A stretch of DNA of 61,011 bases, counting the filler, from Basidioascus undulatus (lineage: Eukaryota): the NCBI GenBank assembly GCA_000826855.1. It is 5 parts of 5 records of this genome, joined end to end, with 100 filler letters (N's around TTAATTAATTAA, not from the genome) between each part and the next. Parts side by side here need not be neighbours in the genome. Positions count along the whole stretch, not along the records: positions 1 to 28,615 come from JTLS01000145.1; 4 more parts are not named here. The stretch is one strand, 5' to 3'. The stretch's first letter is position 1; every line of letters begins with the position of its first letter. A program made the position numbers and the translations under genes. Positions 1 through 12,029 of the stretch are shown piece by piece. Under the pieces are notes generated by a model. That model did no database searches. It was not told the origin of the DNA and saw only the letters and a program-made list of their open reading frames with translations.

Positions 1-71
1 GTTCTTCCGTGGATTGAACACGGTACCTTCAGGACTTCAATCTGACGCTCTCCCAGATGAGCTAAAGAACC
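1..71 (-). tRNA. tRNA-Phe (GAA), intronless; last 2 nt lie outside the window
   Basis: Reverse complement folds as a cloverleaf: acceptor GGTTCTT/AAGAAC(C), D-stem GCTC/GAGC, anticodon arm TCAGA-TTGAAGT-CCTGA, T-arm CCGTG-TTCAATC-CACGG. An AT-rich TATA-like tract lies upstream (~87-103). Confidence 0.88.
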
Positions 72-631
72 CATAAGTTCGCGTTCTAAATTTAAAAAAT
101 ATAAGTTCTCTCATTTCAGCTTACAACGATCAGCTTTTCGACAGGTACATTTATTCTGAACTGCGAAGAGGGATTCAGAGCCCCGTTGCGACCACTCGTC
201 AATCCAGCCACAAACGAAGCATTGTTAATCCATGTCTATTACAAGCAGGGAACAGTCGCAGCGCATTTTTTGTGGAATTGGAAGGTATAGGAGTCTAAGA
301 TTCCTGATCGATTGAGGTTATTTGAGGCAGTGAGGGTGGAAAGTCTGAGATGTTGCACAAAATAACATAGCTGCTCCAAAGCTGCTCGAGTGAACGGATT
401 ATAAAAAGACACAGGAAGACAGCGAGAAGGTGTTGGAATCTGCTGCAGGTCGGCCGATGGGACCAAGACCCGGTTCGCCCCCTTGCCGGTGCACGCATGA
501 TGGAGTGAACGAAAGTTGTGTCCATGCCAGAGCGTTGTCTAACAGCCCCAGTAAGCGGAGGACGTTCCACCTTCCAAAGGCGACCCTTCACCCCTTCACA
601 CCGCGGCCGCTGCGACCCCTCTCCGACAGCA

Positions 632-958
632 TTACTGCACTCCACGCCACCGACCGCGGTTAGGATCAGCACCACCACGTCCTTCCGCGCTGGAAACCCA
701 AGAGCAAAGCAATCTCACCTGTGCCACCGCTCGCCTGTCCACCCCGACAACCTTGCTCTCGAGCTCCTCCAGCCGCCGGACTTTAAGCTCATGGTAGTCT
801 TTGAGCATGCTCTTCTGCTCCTCCTTAAGCCAATGGAACGCGGCGTCCAGCTCGTGGTGCCCTGGGTAGAGCACCGTAGTTTGGAAGATGAGGGCGGAGG
901 TGGCGATGGTTAAGTTGAGATAGGGCAGGAGAAGGCGTGCGCGGGGGCCGAGAACCAT
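632..958 (-). CDS. Small conserved-looking fungal membrane/coiled-coil protein; 3' end uncertain
   Basis: MVLGPRARLLLPYLNLTIATSALIFQTTVLYPGHHELDAAF..: a hydrophobic helix followed by an FQxxVLYP(W)H-like motif I recall from a small uncharacterised fungal family, then a charged helix. The usual W reads G (GGG). Confidence 0.5.
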   Translation of the reverse strand: MVLGPRARLLLPYLNLTIATSALIFQTTVLYPGHHELDAAFHWLKEEQKSMLKDYHELKVRRLEELESKVVGVDRRAVAQVRLLCSWVSSAEGRGGADPNRGRWRGVQ

Positions 959-1356
959 CGTTGGAAGTAGGGGATGTACGGCGGTGGTAGTGGGGGTGAG
1001 GCGTGGATCTTTTATCAATATTTCTCTTGAGTCATATGAGTCCTTGAGCTTGTACGAGAAGTGCCCTTGCCAGAAATTCCGTTGCTGAGCCGCTGCTTTG
1101 AAAATGTTGTGGCCACCCCTGGCTCAAACCCTTTTGCAGCTGTCGTTGCGCCCTAGAACGGGGAGACTCGAGTTCATCAAATTCGTTGCGGGGGACCGGG
1201 GTGGAGTTCCTCAGTATATATCCAGTTCTGGTGCTGTGCATGCTGTACAGTCGGCTTTCGGCTTTCCCAAGCCTTCCCGTCCGCACTTCGTGTGCTCGCT
1301 TGGCATATAAAGGCCTGACCAGTGTCGAAGTTTCCACCAGTCTCACAACACCAGCC

Positions 1357-2560
1357 ATAACGACGGTGTTTCGCCCACTCCTCGCCTCAGTACTGCTTCC
1401 CACTGTTCTAGCAGCCGTCGACTACTCCATCCCCTCGGCGTGCATGGGAGCAAGGCTCGACCGCTCCCGCTCCGACCTGATCAACATCACCCATAGGGTC
1501 ATCGATGACATCTCCTTTTCCATCGTATTAGGCTGCCTCGGAAGTATTGTGTGTCCCGTTTCCACGTCGACTGGCCTCATCCATGGTCCAAGCGAGTTCT
1601 GGCAACCGGCGAACGTATACACCGCGATCATCCTTTCCCACGAGCACACGGCAGCACCCGATATCGATCAACTATCGAGCGCGTCTTCGAGCTCGTTCAG
1701 AAGGGACATCCTGGCTTCCTGAACGAGTTCAACGACGACGTCGAATGGTGGGCCCTCGCCAACGTCGAGGCGTACGTTGCGTACGGACAGCGTTCCTACC
1801 TCGCTTCCGCTAAAGCCATCTTCGACTTTGTCAACACGCACGGGTATATCACGGAGGAAGTCCTAGAGACTGGGAATCCCACATTCGCTCCGTTAAACCT
1901 GTCGAGTCTTTCAGTGCGGCAGCAAGACAATCACCTGCTGAATCGTGAAAAGTAAGTTCATCGACCCATCTTAAGGACCAGCAGCTGTGGCTGACGCCAT
2001 CTCACAGCAACCTGTTTTGGGACAGCCTGTATGGACCCAATTGCAAGCTCACCGACTGGGCCTTCACGTGAGCCGTTCACAGTACTTCCAAAAACTATTC
2101 ATGTCTCTTACCTCCTTCCCAACAGCTACAACTCGGGCATGTATGCCGGCGGCCTGGTCAACATGTACAAGGCGACCAAGAACGCGGACTATCTCGAACA
2201 AGCCAGCACGGCCGCCCTCGCGTCAGTGAGGACCAGAAGATGTAAGGATGCTTAGCTCATCGACCACTTCACCCCCCCTCATGGCTTTGTTTATTTCTCA
2301 GTGAATTGCGGGAATGTGGTGATCACGGAGGGGAGTGGTAAGGACTTTGGGAACGACTCCGGCATTGGCTTCCGCTGTCAGTCAACGTCCTTCACATAGC
2401 TCCTCTCCTTCCATCGGTAAAGGCTGACCGAACAAACTCCCTTATGTAACTATTCTCATCAGAAATTTGCTCTCTCTCTACAACACCCTCTCACCGATCG
2501 ACGCCCTCCGCCCCCTTCTCAGAGCTTACGTGGTGCAAGCAATGTCTCTCATCGAAAATG
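1357..2560 (+). pseudogene. GH76-like (alpha-1,6-mannanase/Dfg5-type) secreted glycoside hydrolase, disrupted
   Basis: Signal-like LLASVLLPTVLAA with ATA (1357) where a start ATG is expected. FWQPANVY..; 1-bp frameshift near 1651 (..EHT/GSTRYR..); catalytic-type motif NEFNDDVEWWALA; later YNSGMYAGGL..YLEQA and LIRNLLSLY segments typical of GH76. Confidence 0.75.
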
Positions 2561-3542
2561 ACTCGGACGACCCGACGAATCCACGAGGTTCTCCAGGAAC
2601 TGGACCGGACCTTGCGGAAGAACGCTTTCAGACAGACACAAAGTGCTGTCTGCTCTTGTCTGCTCTGCTTATGTATCGAGACCGTACGCAGCGCTCTGGC
2701 ACCCTCGCGCTGTGAACAGTTTCGCTCGCCAAGACTCTTATGGGAGCCATGGGACTGCAGTGGAGGAATTTTCAATTTTTTTATTCGAAACTCCCTTTCT
2801 CCATCTTCATACTTTCTGTCTATGAAAGATGGGAGAGAGCGCGCTATGTCGTCGGCGCCGGCGTAGCCTCCAGTTTCTCTGGCTGTTGGAATTCTCGCAA
2901 GCAACCTCCAGTCCCAAGGCGACACCTGCTATTGAAGGACAGAATATCCAGACCCAGTAACATAAAAGCCCTTATTTTATCCTTGACCCGCCCTTCGGAA
3001 AGCCAACAGCCGGGCGGAAGCGACGACTGCCCGGGGCAGCACCAACTAGTCGAGCTGACCGCGCGGTGGCTTCCGGCAGAACAGGAACATTGCATATGTC
3101 GCCGGAGACGCCCCGAGTTCCTCTCTCTTCTTTGAGGAGGGGTTCGCATTTGATCACCTTGAGCCTTTCCCCCTTCCCAGCCTCACGCGGCTCCAGACTG
3201 GCTACCTTCCCTGACCTTCGACATCCGCGACACCTGCTTCCGCCAGATGCCCGTTTCCCTACCCGCATCGCTGTTTCTTAGCGGTTTCTGGCAGCTGTAA
3301 AACATGCACGTGAGTATTGAATCATTGTGGTGAGTCTCGACAGCCAGTAGTTCTTGTATCATGGCCGACAAGGAGGTGGAATGTGATGCACTGGCGTGGA
3401 TTAAGTACCGGCAACGGCACGAACATGTTGTATAATTACACTAATCCGGGGCAGAAATCTAAGTCTACGGCCTCCAACAATCATTTGCGCTTCAGGCCCG
3501 ACCAGCTACCACTGGTAGTAGACATTGAGAAGAACAAACATC

Positions 3543-3625
3543 GGCCGCTTAACTCAGTTGGTTAGAGTGTGGAGCTAATAATAAGTGGCACTCCAAAGTC
3601 GCAGGTTCGACCCCTGCAGTGGCCA
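3543..3625 (+). tRNA. tRNA-Ile (AAT) with a 9-nt intron (3581-3589) at 37/38
   Basis: GGCCGCT/AGTGGCC-A acceptor, ACTC/GAGT D-stem, TGGAG-CTAATA[ATAAGTGGC]A-CTCCA anticodon arm, GCAGG-TTCGACC-CCTGC T-arm. Confidence 0.95.
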
Positions 3626-3629
3626 CTTC

Positions 3630-3640
3630 TTTTGCTTTTT
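3630..3640 (+). terminator. Pol III oligo-T terminator of tRNA-Ile
   Basis: TTTTGCTTTTT 5 nt after the discriminator base. Confidence 0.75.
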
Positions 3641-4498
3641 GCTCACAATACATGCAGGGTTGATCGGAGACAGCGGAGCCTTGCGGAGCCAAACAACGGG
3701 CAAAATGAAGACTTCATGGCAACTGTACAAGTGTCCGGCGACACTACCAGACTACTCTTCAGACGCCCTCCTCTCCTCCTTTACTTCTCGTTTCGCCCAT
3801 TTTATCATTCCCCAGGCAGTCGCGTGAACCCCTGAAATTCGGCCTAATTACTTGCATTTTTCGCCCGCTGTCCTGTGCATCACGTTGCATGCTGCATGAT
3901 CTCCCAGTCTGCGACTCGTCCTGTACACCGCACTGGGTTTGGATAACAGGACACTCGTGGACCTGGATTTTTGGTGTCAGAAAGGTTTCCCGGCCTTACC
4001 AAAAGTTGTGGGAAATTAGTCTTTCGAGCGCAAGGTCTTCGATCTCAAGAGGTACAAGCCGTCGCCCCTCCGACCACCTCTAGCACAAGCACCACGGTTC
4101 AACCCCACAGCCAAATTAACTGGGATATTCCGCGACTCCACCAGCGCGCGCTTGAAGCTTTTTGTCGACCGATGCAAGGCTATCGCCTTGGTCTACAGCA
4201 GTCTTTGCGGTGTGGCGTGCGGACCCGCGCACAATTGGGCCCCGTGCCGAGTCTGCAGTGAGCTTTTCATTGGGAACGATTCAATGCGTTGCCTGGCCTG
4301 CTTCCGAAGAAGACTGAAGCAACCTTCCGTCGACCCTTGATGCTTCTCCCTTCTCCTATATATTACTTTTGAATGTATTGCTTTGATAGGATGAGAGAAC
4401 TCTTGCTGACGGCTTTCAAAAGGAAGAGGAGCTTCTTCAGCTCCTCATTCTTTCCCCGCTTGACTGAGCCCACACACTCTCTTATCTCGACTTCAGCA

Positions 4499-5672
4499 AA
4501 AGGTTATTTGGTCATCATATCATTACTTGTGGCATCCCTCGCCGTGCTTTCCGTCGCGTTCCCCCTTAACGGGCGGGGCACGCCCACGAAGACGACGCGG
4601 TCCGTTCAGGCTGGCGAGTGCCCACTGTCCAACGCGGCGCGCTTGCAGCTCGGACTGCCCCCCGCCAGTCCTAAGGACTGTTCATTAGGATGGACGCACA
4701 AGTAGAAGTCTCACAAGGCAACGTACGTTCTTCTCTATCTAGACCGTGTTTGGCGAGTGTGATAGCTGACGCTGAACGCTGGCAATGGAATACCCCCGCG
4801 CGGAGCCATCCAACGTCCCCGCTATCGGGGTAAACCAGGGGGTACCCTCCTCCTGGTCTATGGGAAGGTTTGATTTTACCCATTGATATACCCCTAACTT
4901 TTCAGGGACTGTGGCAGGCTCGTCGTTCTGGACTCCCAGGGCGAGCCCATCCGCGTGGTCGTGATGAAGTCCACTCGTGCGTCTATCTTTCTTTGTCAAG
5001 TTAAACAAGAATCTGACATTGATTTCCCACTGTGCCCCGCTCTTGCCCAGCTGCCGAGGACGGACTCTTCACGCGTACAAAGCTCGGCGCCCGCTGCGCA
5101 GGGCGGGCGTCACGCTTTTGGATCCCTTCGCGAGAAAGTTCGTCCTCGTCAGGAGAGACCCACAACTCTGCTGAGGGCGACTACCTGGGGGCGGTGCGAA
5201 CCACGTCAGCATTTCCCATTCTTCTGCTGTATCCGACCCCGACGTGGCGCTGGGTAGGACAGGCTGACAGATGTAACTGGACAGCTACGCCTGAATGGTG
5301 CCGGACGGAACGGGGTACACGAATCCATACGCCTACCCAAAGGCACGGTGAGAAGGGCGTCTTCCACATCGACCCGCCCAGCAGCGAGTTGACTATGGTG
5401 TGGCAGAATCCCGACGGCTTTGTGCGTATGCTCCGCTTGCAATTCTAGATTTGCCTCGAACACGCACCTGATTCACCTTCTGTTGCTTTTGCTCTATGCC
5501 AGACGGTGAACACTCGATCGCGTAAAAGTACCAGGAGGAGTGGCCCAGCTACCAGACACTCTACTTCGTCGGGGACTACACCAAGTTTTCGCAGGGGATG
5601 GGGGCGACGTTCGCCGCCGACCCGGCCATTCGCATCAAGTTAGTCCCACCACTTGCCCGTCCTACACAGTAG
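4499..5672 (+). pseudogene. Basidiomycete-type secreted protein (NAxRLxxGLPP ... WxNPDG family), apparently disrupted
   Basis: Signal-like LVIISLLVASLAVLSVA with no adjacent ATG; SNAARLQLGLPP; downstream FHIDPPSSELTMVWQNPDG, YFVGDYTKF and RIKLVP..* segments in frames I could not join cleanly. Confidence 0.55.
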
Positions 5673-5940
5673 CCTTTCAAGCTTCCGGTGTTTGTAGCAG
5701 CGTGGATGAAGCTGTTCAGCGACCCCGCGCGAGCCCCCAAAGACGCTCAGATTGAAAGACTCTGTCTGTTGCCGAGATATTTGAATACATGTTTTTGCTG
5801 ACCAAACCGACTTAGATCTGAGCCTGGATACTTGTTGCAATACTCATTAGAGCTCTAGTTGGGCTTGCAGTGATATCAAAGGTCAGCCTCTACGAGGTCC
5901 AACTGACTCGTGCAGCACACTCAGTCTGATTCCCAACTCG

Positions 5941-6272
5941 GCCGCTCCAAAGTTGAAGAGAGCAGGCAAGCAGCTCGGTCTGTACAATCAGTCGCTTGAA
6001 ACCGCTCTTACTCGAGCAATTATATTTTTCCAACGAGGCTCAGTATTCAGGGCGGATGGGAATGTCGGAAGGTGAAAGGTTGCCAGCTGCAGTTCTGCCT
6101 GAAAGTCCGTGTCCTTGACCTTTGATGAGTCGAATTGATCGCTAGGCACCGCGACGGGTAATCTTGAATGCGGTTAATCCTAATATTTTTCAACTGTTCC
6201 CATGCAATATAAACGTATCACTATGTTGAGTCCCGCGACTGGTTTGAGCTGCCTGCTCTCAATTGGGACGGC
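5941..6272. mobile_element. Possible decayed MITE/fold-back (imperfect terminal inverted repeat)
   Basis: 5941-5995 (gccgctccaaagttgaagagagcaggcaagcagctc..cagtcgc) aligns with gaps to the reverse complement of 6235-6272 (gccgtcccaattgagagcaggcagctcaaaccagtcgc). Confidence 0.4.
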
Positions 6273-7246
6273 ATGCTGCCACTGCGACTAGTGGTCCTTG
6301 CGAGAGAAGCGGCGCCCGTGTTTTGTTTCCAATTTTCCGAGAGTTACAAGGCTTGATGTAGCCTAACAGATACTTCAAAAGAAGTGCGATGTACAAGTAC
6401 TACAAGGCAGCAAGAGCCTGCCGCTCACTGCCTTCATGGTCACAGTGCGCCATTGGTCTGCGCAAAGTCTGCGCAAAAGACACCTCGCGATTGAGCAGTT
6501 CGAAGTCACTTCCAAAACTTCTCATTGTCAGACGTGCCGAATGCGAGCCTGGACTTCCCGCTGCTGCATCGATGTGCAGCATGTGGTAACCCTCCGTCAA
6601 GACCATCATCTGATGTTCTCATCTGACCACTGCGCGTCTGCATCCAGACAGTCGGCCGGCGTATAGCGCAATCTCGCAATGCCCAAATCAATCGTCCCTC
6701 TTTTCGTGCTTTGTTTGCGTGTGCGCTGTGGGCATACTATTCTGGCGGACAGTCCGTTGAAGCCCGCGCTCACTCAGCGCCGTCCTCCTGTTCATCCTCA
6801 AGTCTCCTCGGAGTCGAGAAGGCGGAGTCACGGCGGGTGAAATATCGCCAGCTAATGAGGGGAGGCCGATTGGCTGCTTTGTTGCTTTCGAGTGCGGCAA
6901 GAGGCGGCAGGGTGGCGTTCCTTACCGGCAAAACCATGGCGCCGGTGGATCTCGCCAAACGTCATCTGCCCACAGCTCGCAATGCTCGAACGACCCCCCG
7001 CAGACCGGTGGCTGCTGTACGTCCTCAAAAGGCGCGCGTAACGCTCTCTTATCTTGCCACCATACCCCCCACATCTCGCCTTCTGCACAGTGAGTCTCTT
7101 TCCGCTGTATGGCGAGCAGGACGGCTAGAAACGGCAGTGGACCTGACGCGCGGCTCGCACTGCTTGCCAGGCACGCCTCCTCCTCATCCATTCCCCCTTC
7201 CACGGCATCCACCAGAGCTTCTTTTCCGCAAAAATACACCCTCAGT

Positions 7247-9601
7247 ATGACGTCCCAGCCCGTGCGTCCCCGTTTGTTTTCATGCGGAATGGGCCAGGCG
7301 AACGCGTCCTGACTGCATCTTCTCTCGGGCGCGACAGAAGCAGTACACCGACTCGCAAGGCGCGCCGCACCCTTCCCCGTTCGCCTACCAGCGTGCGGGT
7401 GCCAACGGCCCGCTCCTGCTCCAGGACTTCCATCTCATCGATCTCCTCTCGCACTTTGACCGCGAGCGCATCCCCGAGCGTGTCGTGCACGCGAAGGGCG
7501 GAGGTGCCCACGGTGTCTTCGGTGCGTCTTCTCACCTCACCGCCCTCCCCTTTATCCAGTTACCTTCTGACGTTTACCCGTAATACTTCAGAGGTGACCG
7601 ATGACATCACGGACCTCACCTGCGCCTCGCTCTTCAGCAAGGTCGGCAACAAGGCCCCCGCGACCGCTCGCTTCTCGACGGTCGGCGGCGAGTCGGGCTC
7701 TGCCGACACCGCTCGGGACCCTCGCGGCTTCAGCGTCAAGATTAAGACCGACGAGGGAGTATGGGACAACGTCTTCAACAATACACCAGGCGAGCGCGTT
7801 TCATTTTAGCAGAACGGGGAGGAGGGGGGCAACCACCCGTAGGCTGAGAACGGCGTACTAACCGCCTGTCGATGTACAGTCTTCTTCCTGCGCGACCCGA
7901 CCAAGTTCCCAGTGTTCATCCATACGCGTGGGTCGGCACGATCTCCTCGAGCTGGGCACATTAGCTGACTTGGACCGAGACTGTGCAGAAAAGCGCAACC
8001 CGCAGACGAACCTCAAAGATGCCGACGCGTTCTGGGACTACCTCTCTGCCAGTACGTACTTGACAGCATTCTCGTCAGTTCACTGACTGGGTGTTGACGA
8101 TCATGTTTCCCAGACCCGGAGAGCATTCACCAGGTCATGATGTGCGCAGTCCCGAACGGCAGCCGTTTCTGAAGGCATGACTGACGCTCTCCTCCGCTGG
8201 CAGCCTCTTCTCCGACCGTGGCACTCCCGCTTCGTGGCGCAAGATGCATGGCTACAGTGGCCATGCTTTCAAGTTCGTCAACGCCAAGGGCGACTGGAAC
8301 TTTGTCCAGTGAGTCCACATGCCTGCCAGCATGTCCCGTGCGACACTGACCCCCCTCTTCCAGAATCCACTACAAGTCCGACCAGGGCATCTCCGAGCTC
8401 ACGGACGCCGAAGCGACCAAGCTCGCGGGCGAGAACCCCGACTTCTCGCAGCAGGACCTGTACGACGCGATCGCGCGCGGCGAGCACCCGAGCTGGACGG
8501 TCTACGTCCAGGTCATGTCGCCCCAGCAGGCGGCGGAGTTCCGCTACGACGTGAACGACCTCACCAAGGTACGACCGCATTCATCCTGCGAGGGCTGAAA
8601 GCAAGAGTCCCGCTGATGTTTGTGCCCGTTCAGATCTGGCCCCAGAAGGAATTCCCCCTCCGCCGGATCGGCAAGTTCACGCTGAACAAGAACGTCGAAA
8701 ACTAGTGCGTACGCTTTAAACCCACCTCGTTAATCCACACGCTTACCCCGCCGCCTTGGACAGCTTCACGGAGATCGAGCAGGCAAACTCCCTCCCTTAA
8801 AGGCGCCTTCGGTTGAAATCGTTAGCTGAACATTTCACTTTTCAGGTCGCCTTTGCGCCTTCTCACCTTGTCCCGGGCATCGAGCCCTCCAACGACCCGG
8901 TCCTGCAGTCGCGTCTCTTCTCTTACCCTGGTGAGCCACGTCCCCTAGCTTTGCATCATTGAGACGCAAGGCTGACACATTTTCCTCATCTCCAGACACG
9001 CACCGCCACCGTCTCGGTCCGAATTACCAGCAGCTTCCGGTCAACCAACCCATCAACCAGGTCGCCAACTTCCAGCGTGCTGGCCCGGCTGCGTACTACG
9101 CCGCTGGCAGCCTGCCTGGCAACGCGCCCAACTACCCGTCGGCGACTGCGTGAGTCTTTCTCTCGGCTTCCGTTGTCCGCGAGGAACTTCGCAAGCTGAT
9201 GCTCGGCTTTTCGCTCCTCAGCTCGCCTGTCTCCTACCGCCAGCGCCCGTACGACATCTCCAAGCTCGCGGACCCCGTCAAGGGCTCGTCAGTCACCTAC
9301 ACCGCGTACGAGGTGGAGGACCTCGACTACGAGCAGCCCCGCGTCCTCTGGCAGCGCGTGCGTCTTCTCGTCCCATTACTGTAATCTGTTCCCCACTAGC
9401 ACTGTTTGACGCCCGCTCTCCCTCCAGGTCTTCAACGACACCGCCAAGGACCACTTCGTCTCCAACGTCGTCGGCCACCTCCGCAATGTCAAGAACCCTG
9501 CGGTAAAGCAGCGCCAGGTGGATGTCTTCGCCAAGGTCGACCCCGAGCTCGGCCGCAGGATCGGCGAGGGCGTTGGCGTTGCCCCGAACTCGCGTCTGTG
9601 A
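7247..9601 (+). CDS. Monofunctional small-subunit heme catalase, peroxisomal (PTS1 -SRL), 14 exons
   Basis: Spliced translation gives [15 protein letters not shown] (distal His), [35 protein letters not shown] and [14 protein letters not shown] (proximal Tyr); ends ..GVAPNSRL*. Confidence 0.97.
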
Positions 9602-10298
9602 AGCCTGTCGAACTCCTACCCTTCCTCTTCTGTCGGCTTTCTTCTTGACACGACGTTTGCTTGTTGAGCCATGTAGCGTTGTATTGATTGGTTCACGATC
9701 GATTGAAAGTGTGCGCTGTTGTGCTTCTTGTTCGAACCGCGGCTGCCATATGATCAACCAAATTAATCTTTGCTCTTGCAGGTGGACCTATGGTCCATAA
9801 TGAACGAGCTGCCAGCCTGCTGCTGCCGGACGAAAAGGCCCAAATGTCGGAGCTTCGCAGGGCAACAATTGATGAGCATAACCTATAGCGCAATATAGGG
9901 GTTGCGAACTGCAACCATGAGTGGGTGGTCCTCCTTGTTGACGACTTGAAGCGCACCTAAGTATACCTTCAGTCAGAGCGAACTGGAATGAAGCGACGTA
10001 ATTGATGCGTGAGCTTTAATCGCCTGCCGGTGGCTCAGCATCATATCTGAGACTGTCTTCACACCCTGTGTTTTCTTGTGGTTTGATGCACCAATGAAAT
10101 GTTACGCTTTTTTTTAGCTTAGCTTTGTTTCAGGACGGTAAATGCTAACAAGCTGGATGTCAGAGATATGCAAGCAAAGGATATTCCATTCCAACCGCTA
10201 CTCCTGATCCAAAGGTACAGTAGATGCACCTTGCGCCCGTTTGCATGAACAGGTACTTCCATCTCAACTCATGTACTTCTGTGATCAATGAGGGACAG

Positions 10299-12029
10299 TC
10301 AAGCGGTTGGCGCCATAGTTCCGTTGCTGACGATGCGGACGAGCCGTGCGCAAGTGTCGCGCGCGGGGTCGGCTGCGAACGAGTGGGAGAGTGAGCATCG
10401 GTAAACGTCCACGTTCAGACAGTAGAACAATGTACAAGCGACCGTCTGGATGCGACCAACAGCCGTCGCGGTATACCTAAACGACGCCGTGTCAATGACC
10501 CTCCAAGATTGCTGATAATAGGATCGGGCGCACTTGGCGATCTCGTCTGTAGAGATAGCCAAGTAGCTGGCCCTCCTCGACGTCGTCAAGAAGGCTGACT
10601 GTAGGCCGGAAGAATCCCACCTGCGGCGATATCTCGTCGACAAACTCGTCCCCACTTCGGAGAAGGAGGTATTGGAGACGATTTTGAAACAGGGCGGCTC
10701 ACAGGACGCACATGTAGGTAATTGAGGGATCGGGCGGAGGGAATCCGTCGCCGTTGCAGATTCCTTTCTCGGAGAGTAGACGGCGCAAAAAGGCATACGA
10801 GCGCTCAATATATTCGGGCTGCCAGCGCTTCGCCGAGCCGATCTCGAGCGTGAACGCGGGCACGCCGTGGTCGATGAATGCCGTCCTGAGGGAGCCTGCA
10901 TTCGGAGGGTGAACTACAGGGAAAGAAATGACCGCCTAAAAATTATAAACATCAGCAAAGAAAAAATTGGAGGAGCGAAAGGAGACTGGTACGCACTCTT
11001 GAGAATGTCCACGCCCGAGAGCTCCGCGAGCCGGCATGCAGCCGGCACAGCCCAGTCAACGTAGCAATACCTCGGGGTCTCGACACTTGTCTGGGTATTG
11101 TGCATGTCAATTGCCAGGTCAATTTGGGTCGCGTTCTCAATAGGATAGTATGCGAAAGTTAACATCTGCTTACTTGTGCGGGAAGGGTTCTCGCAAGCCA
11201 TCACAATACCTTGGTCAAGCCGTGCCAGATCGTGTACGTCCACTATGCATAAAGTGTAAGTCTTTAGAGAGACTACCAAAGGTAAGGAAAACGCGACAGC
11301 GACGGCGTACCTGCTCCGCGGCAGTGCCCCCGTCGGCGACTGTAGTGCCGGGAAAGAGGCGGTTGGGGTCCTCAAGAGTTCCCTGATGATGAGATTCAGC
11401 ACTCGCGTACAGCCCCCAGATCCTATAGGAAATATTTTCACGGATTAAAGGGTGCTGGGGAAGTAACGGCTTCCCCGGGAGATGCTGCAGAGAAAATGAG
11501 AATCAGTTGTATCATTTGTGCTTCTGATGATCGATAACGTACCCAGGGGCGTTGGCGCCGGGAATGCCGATGATGGTTCCTTGTCAACTGGGACGGACCG
11601 AGGTCTTCAAGTACACGATGGAGGACAGCGATGCCGTTGAGCTCATCGCTGCAGGTTTGGTATCCGCTATCGGTGAAGAGTACGCAGCGGCAAAGAGGCT
11701 TAGCATCCGCGCATGCCCGCCGAAAACCAGGACGTCTTGCCCTCTGTAACAGGACCGGGGACTCGCGAATCCAGACAGGGACGTGAATAGGTCCGCTAGA
11801 GTTGTACTAGCTGCAAGCAGGTAGAAGCGGTGAATCCTGTGTTCAGGCGTTCAGTTAGTGACAACGTCCCCGGTACTGGATCCGGAATGACTTACTTTCC
11901 AGACTCAAGGTCATGAGTGTTGACATCGGTGATGATAAGTATCCCATTTAGGGTATCGCCTGTGTAGTTCGTGGCGGCGACGAAAGCTGGTGCGGCGAGC
12001 GCAGCTGCGAAGAGGGAGGAGACGCACAT
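10299..12029 (-). pseudogene. Secreted succinylglutamate desuccinylase/aspartoacylase-like (M14 AstE/AspA) hydrolase, multiply frameshifted
   Basis: Signal MCVSSLFAAALAAPAFVAA-TNYTGDTL; (H)xDELNGIAVLHRV..GTIIGIPGAN with a frameshift and a damaged HGDE motif; IDLAIDMH; GVPAFTLEIGSAKRWQPEYIER. The segments lie in different frames. Confidence 0.75.

Noticed and set aside
2960..3300. GC-rich hairpins after a TATA-like CATAAAAG, possible ncRNA
   Set aside because: No snRNA, SRP, RNase P or snoRNA box motifs recognised; equally consistent with decayed coding DNA. An Rfam scan would decide.
3960..4340. Stop-interrupted frame ending in CxxC..CxxC
   Set aside because: May be a further relic, but I cannot assign a family or gene structure.
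6040..6190. GAAAGTCC and TGATGAG motifs suggesting RNase P/MRP or a hammerhead ribozyme
   Set aside because: The partner conserved regions and required stems were not found.
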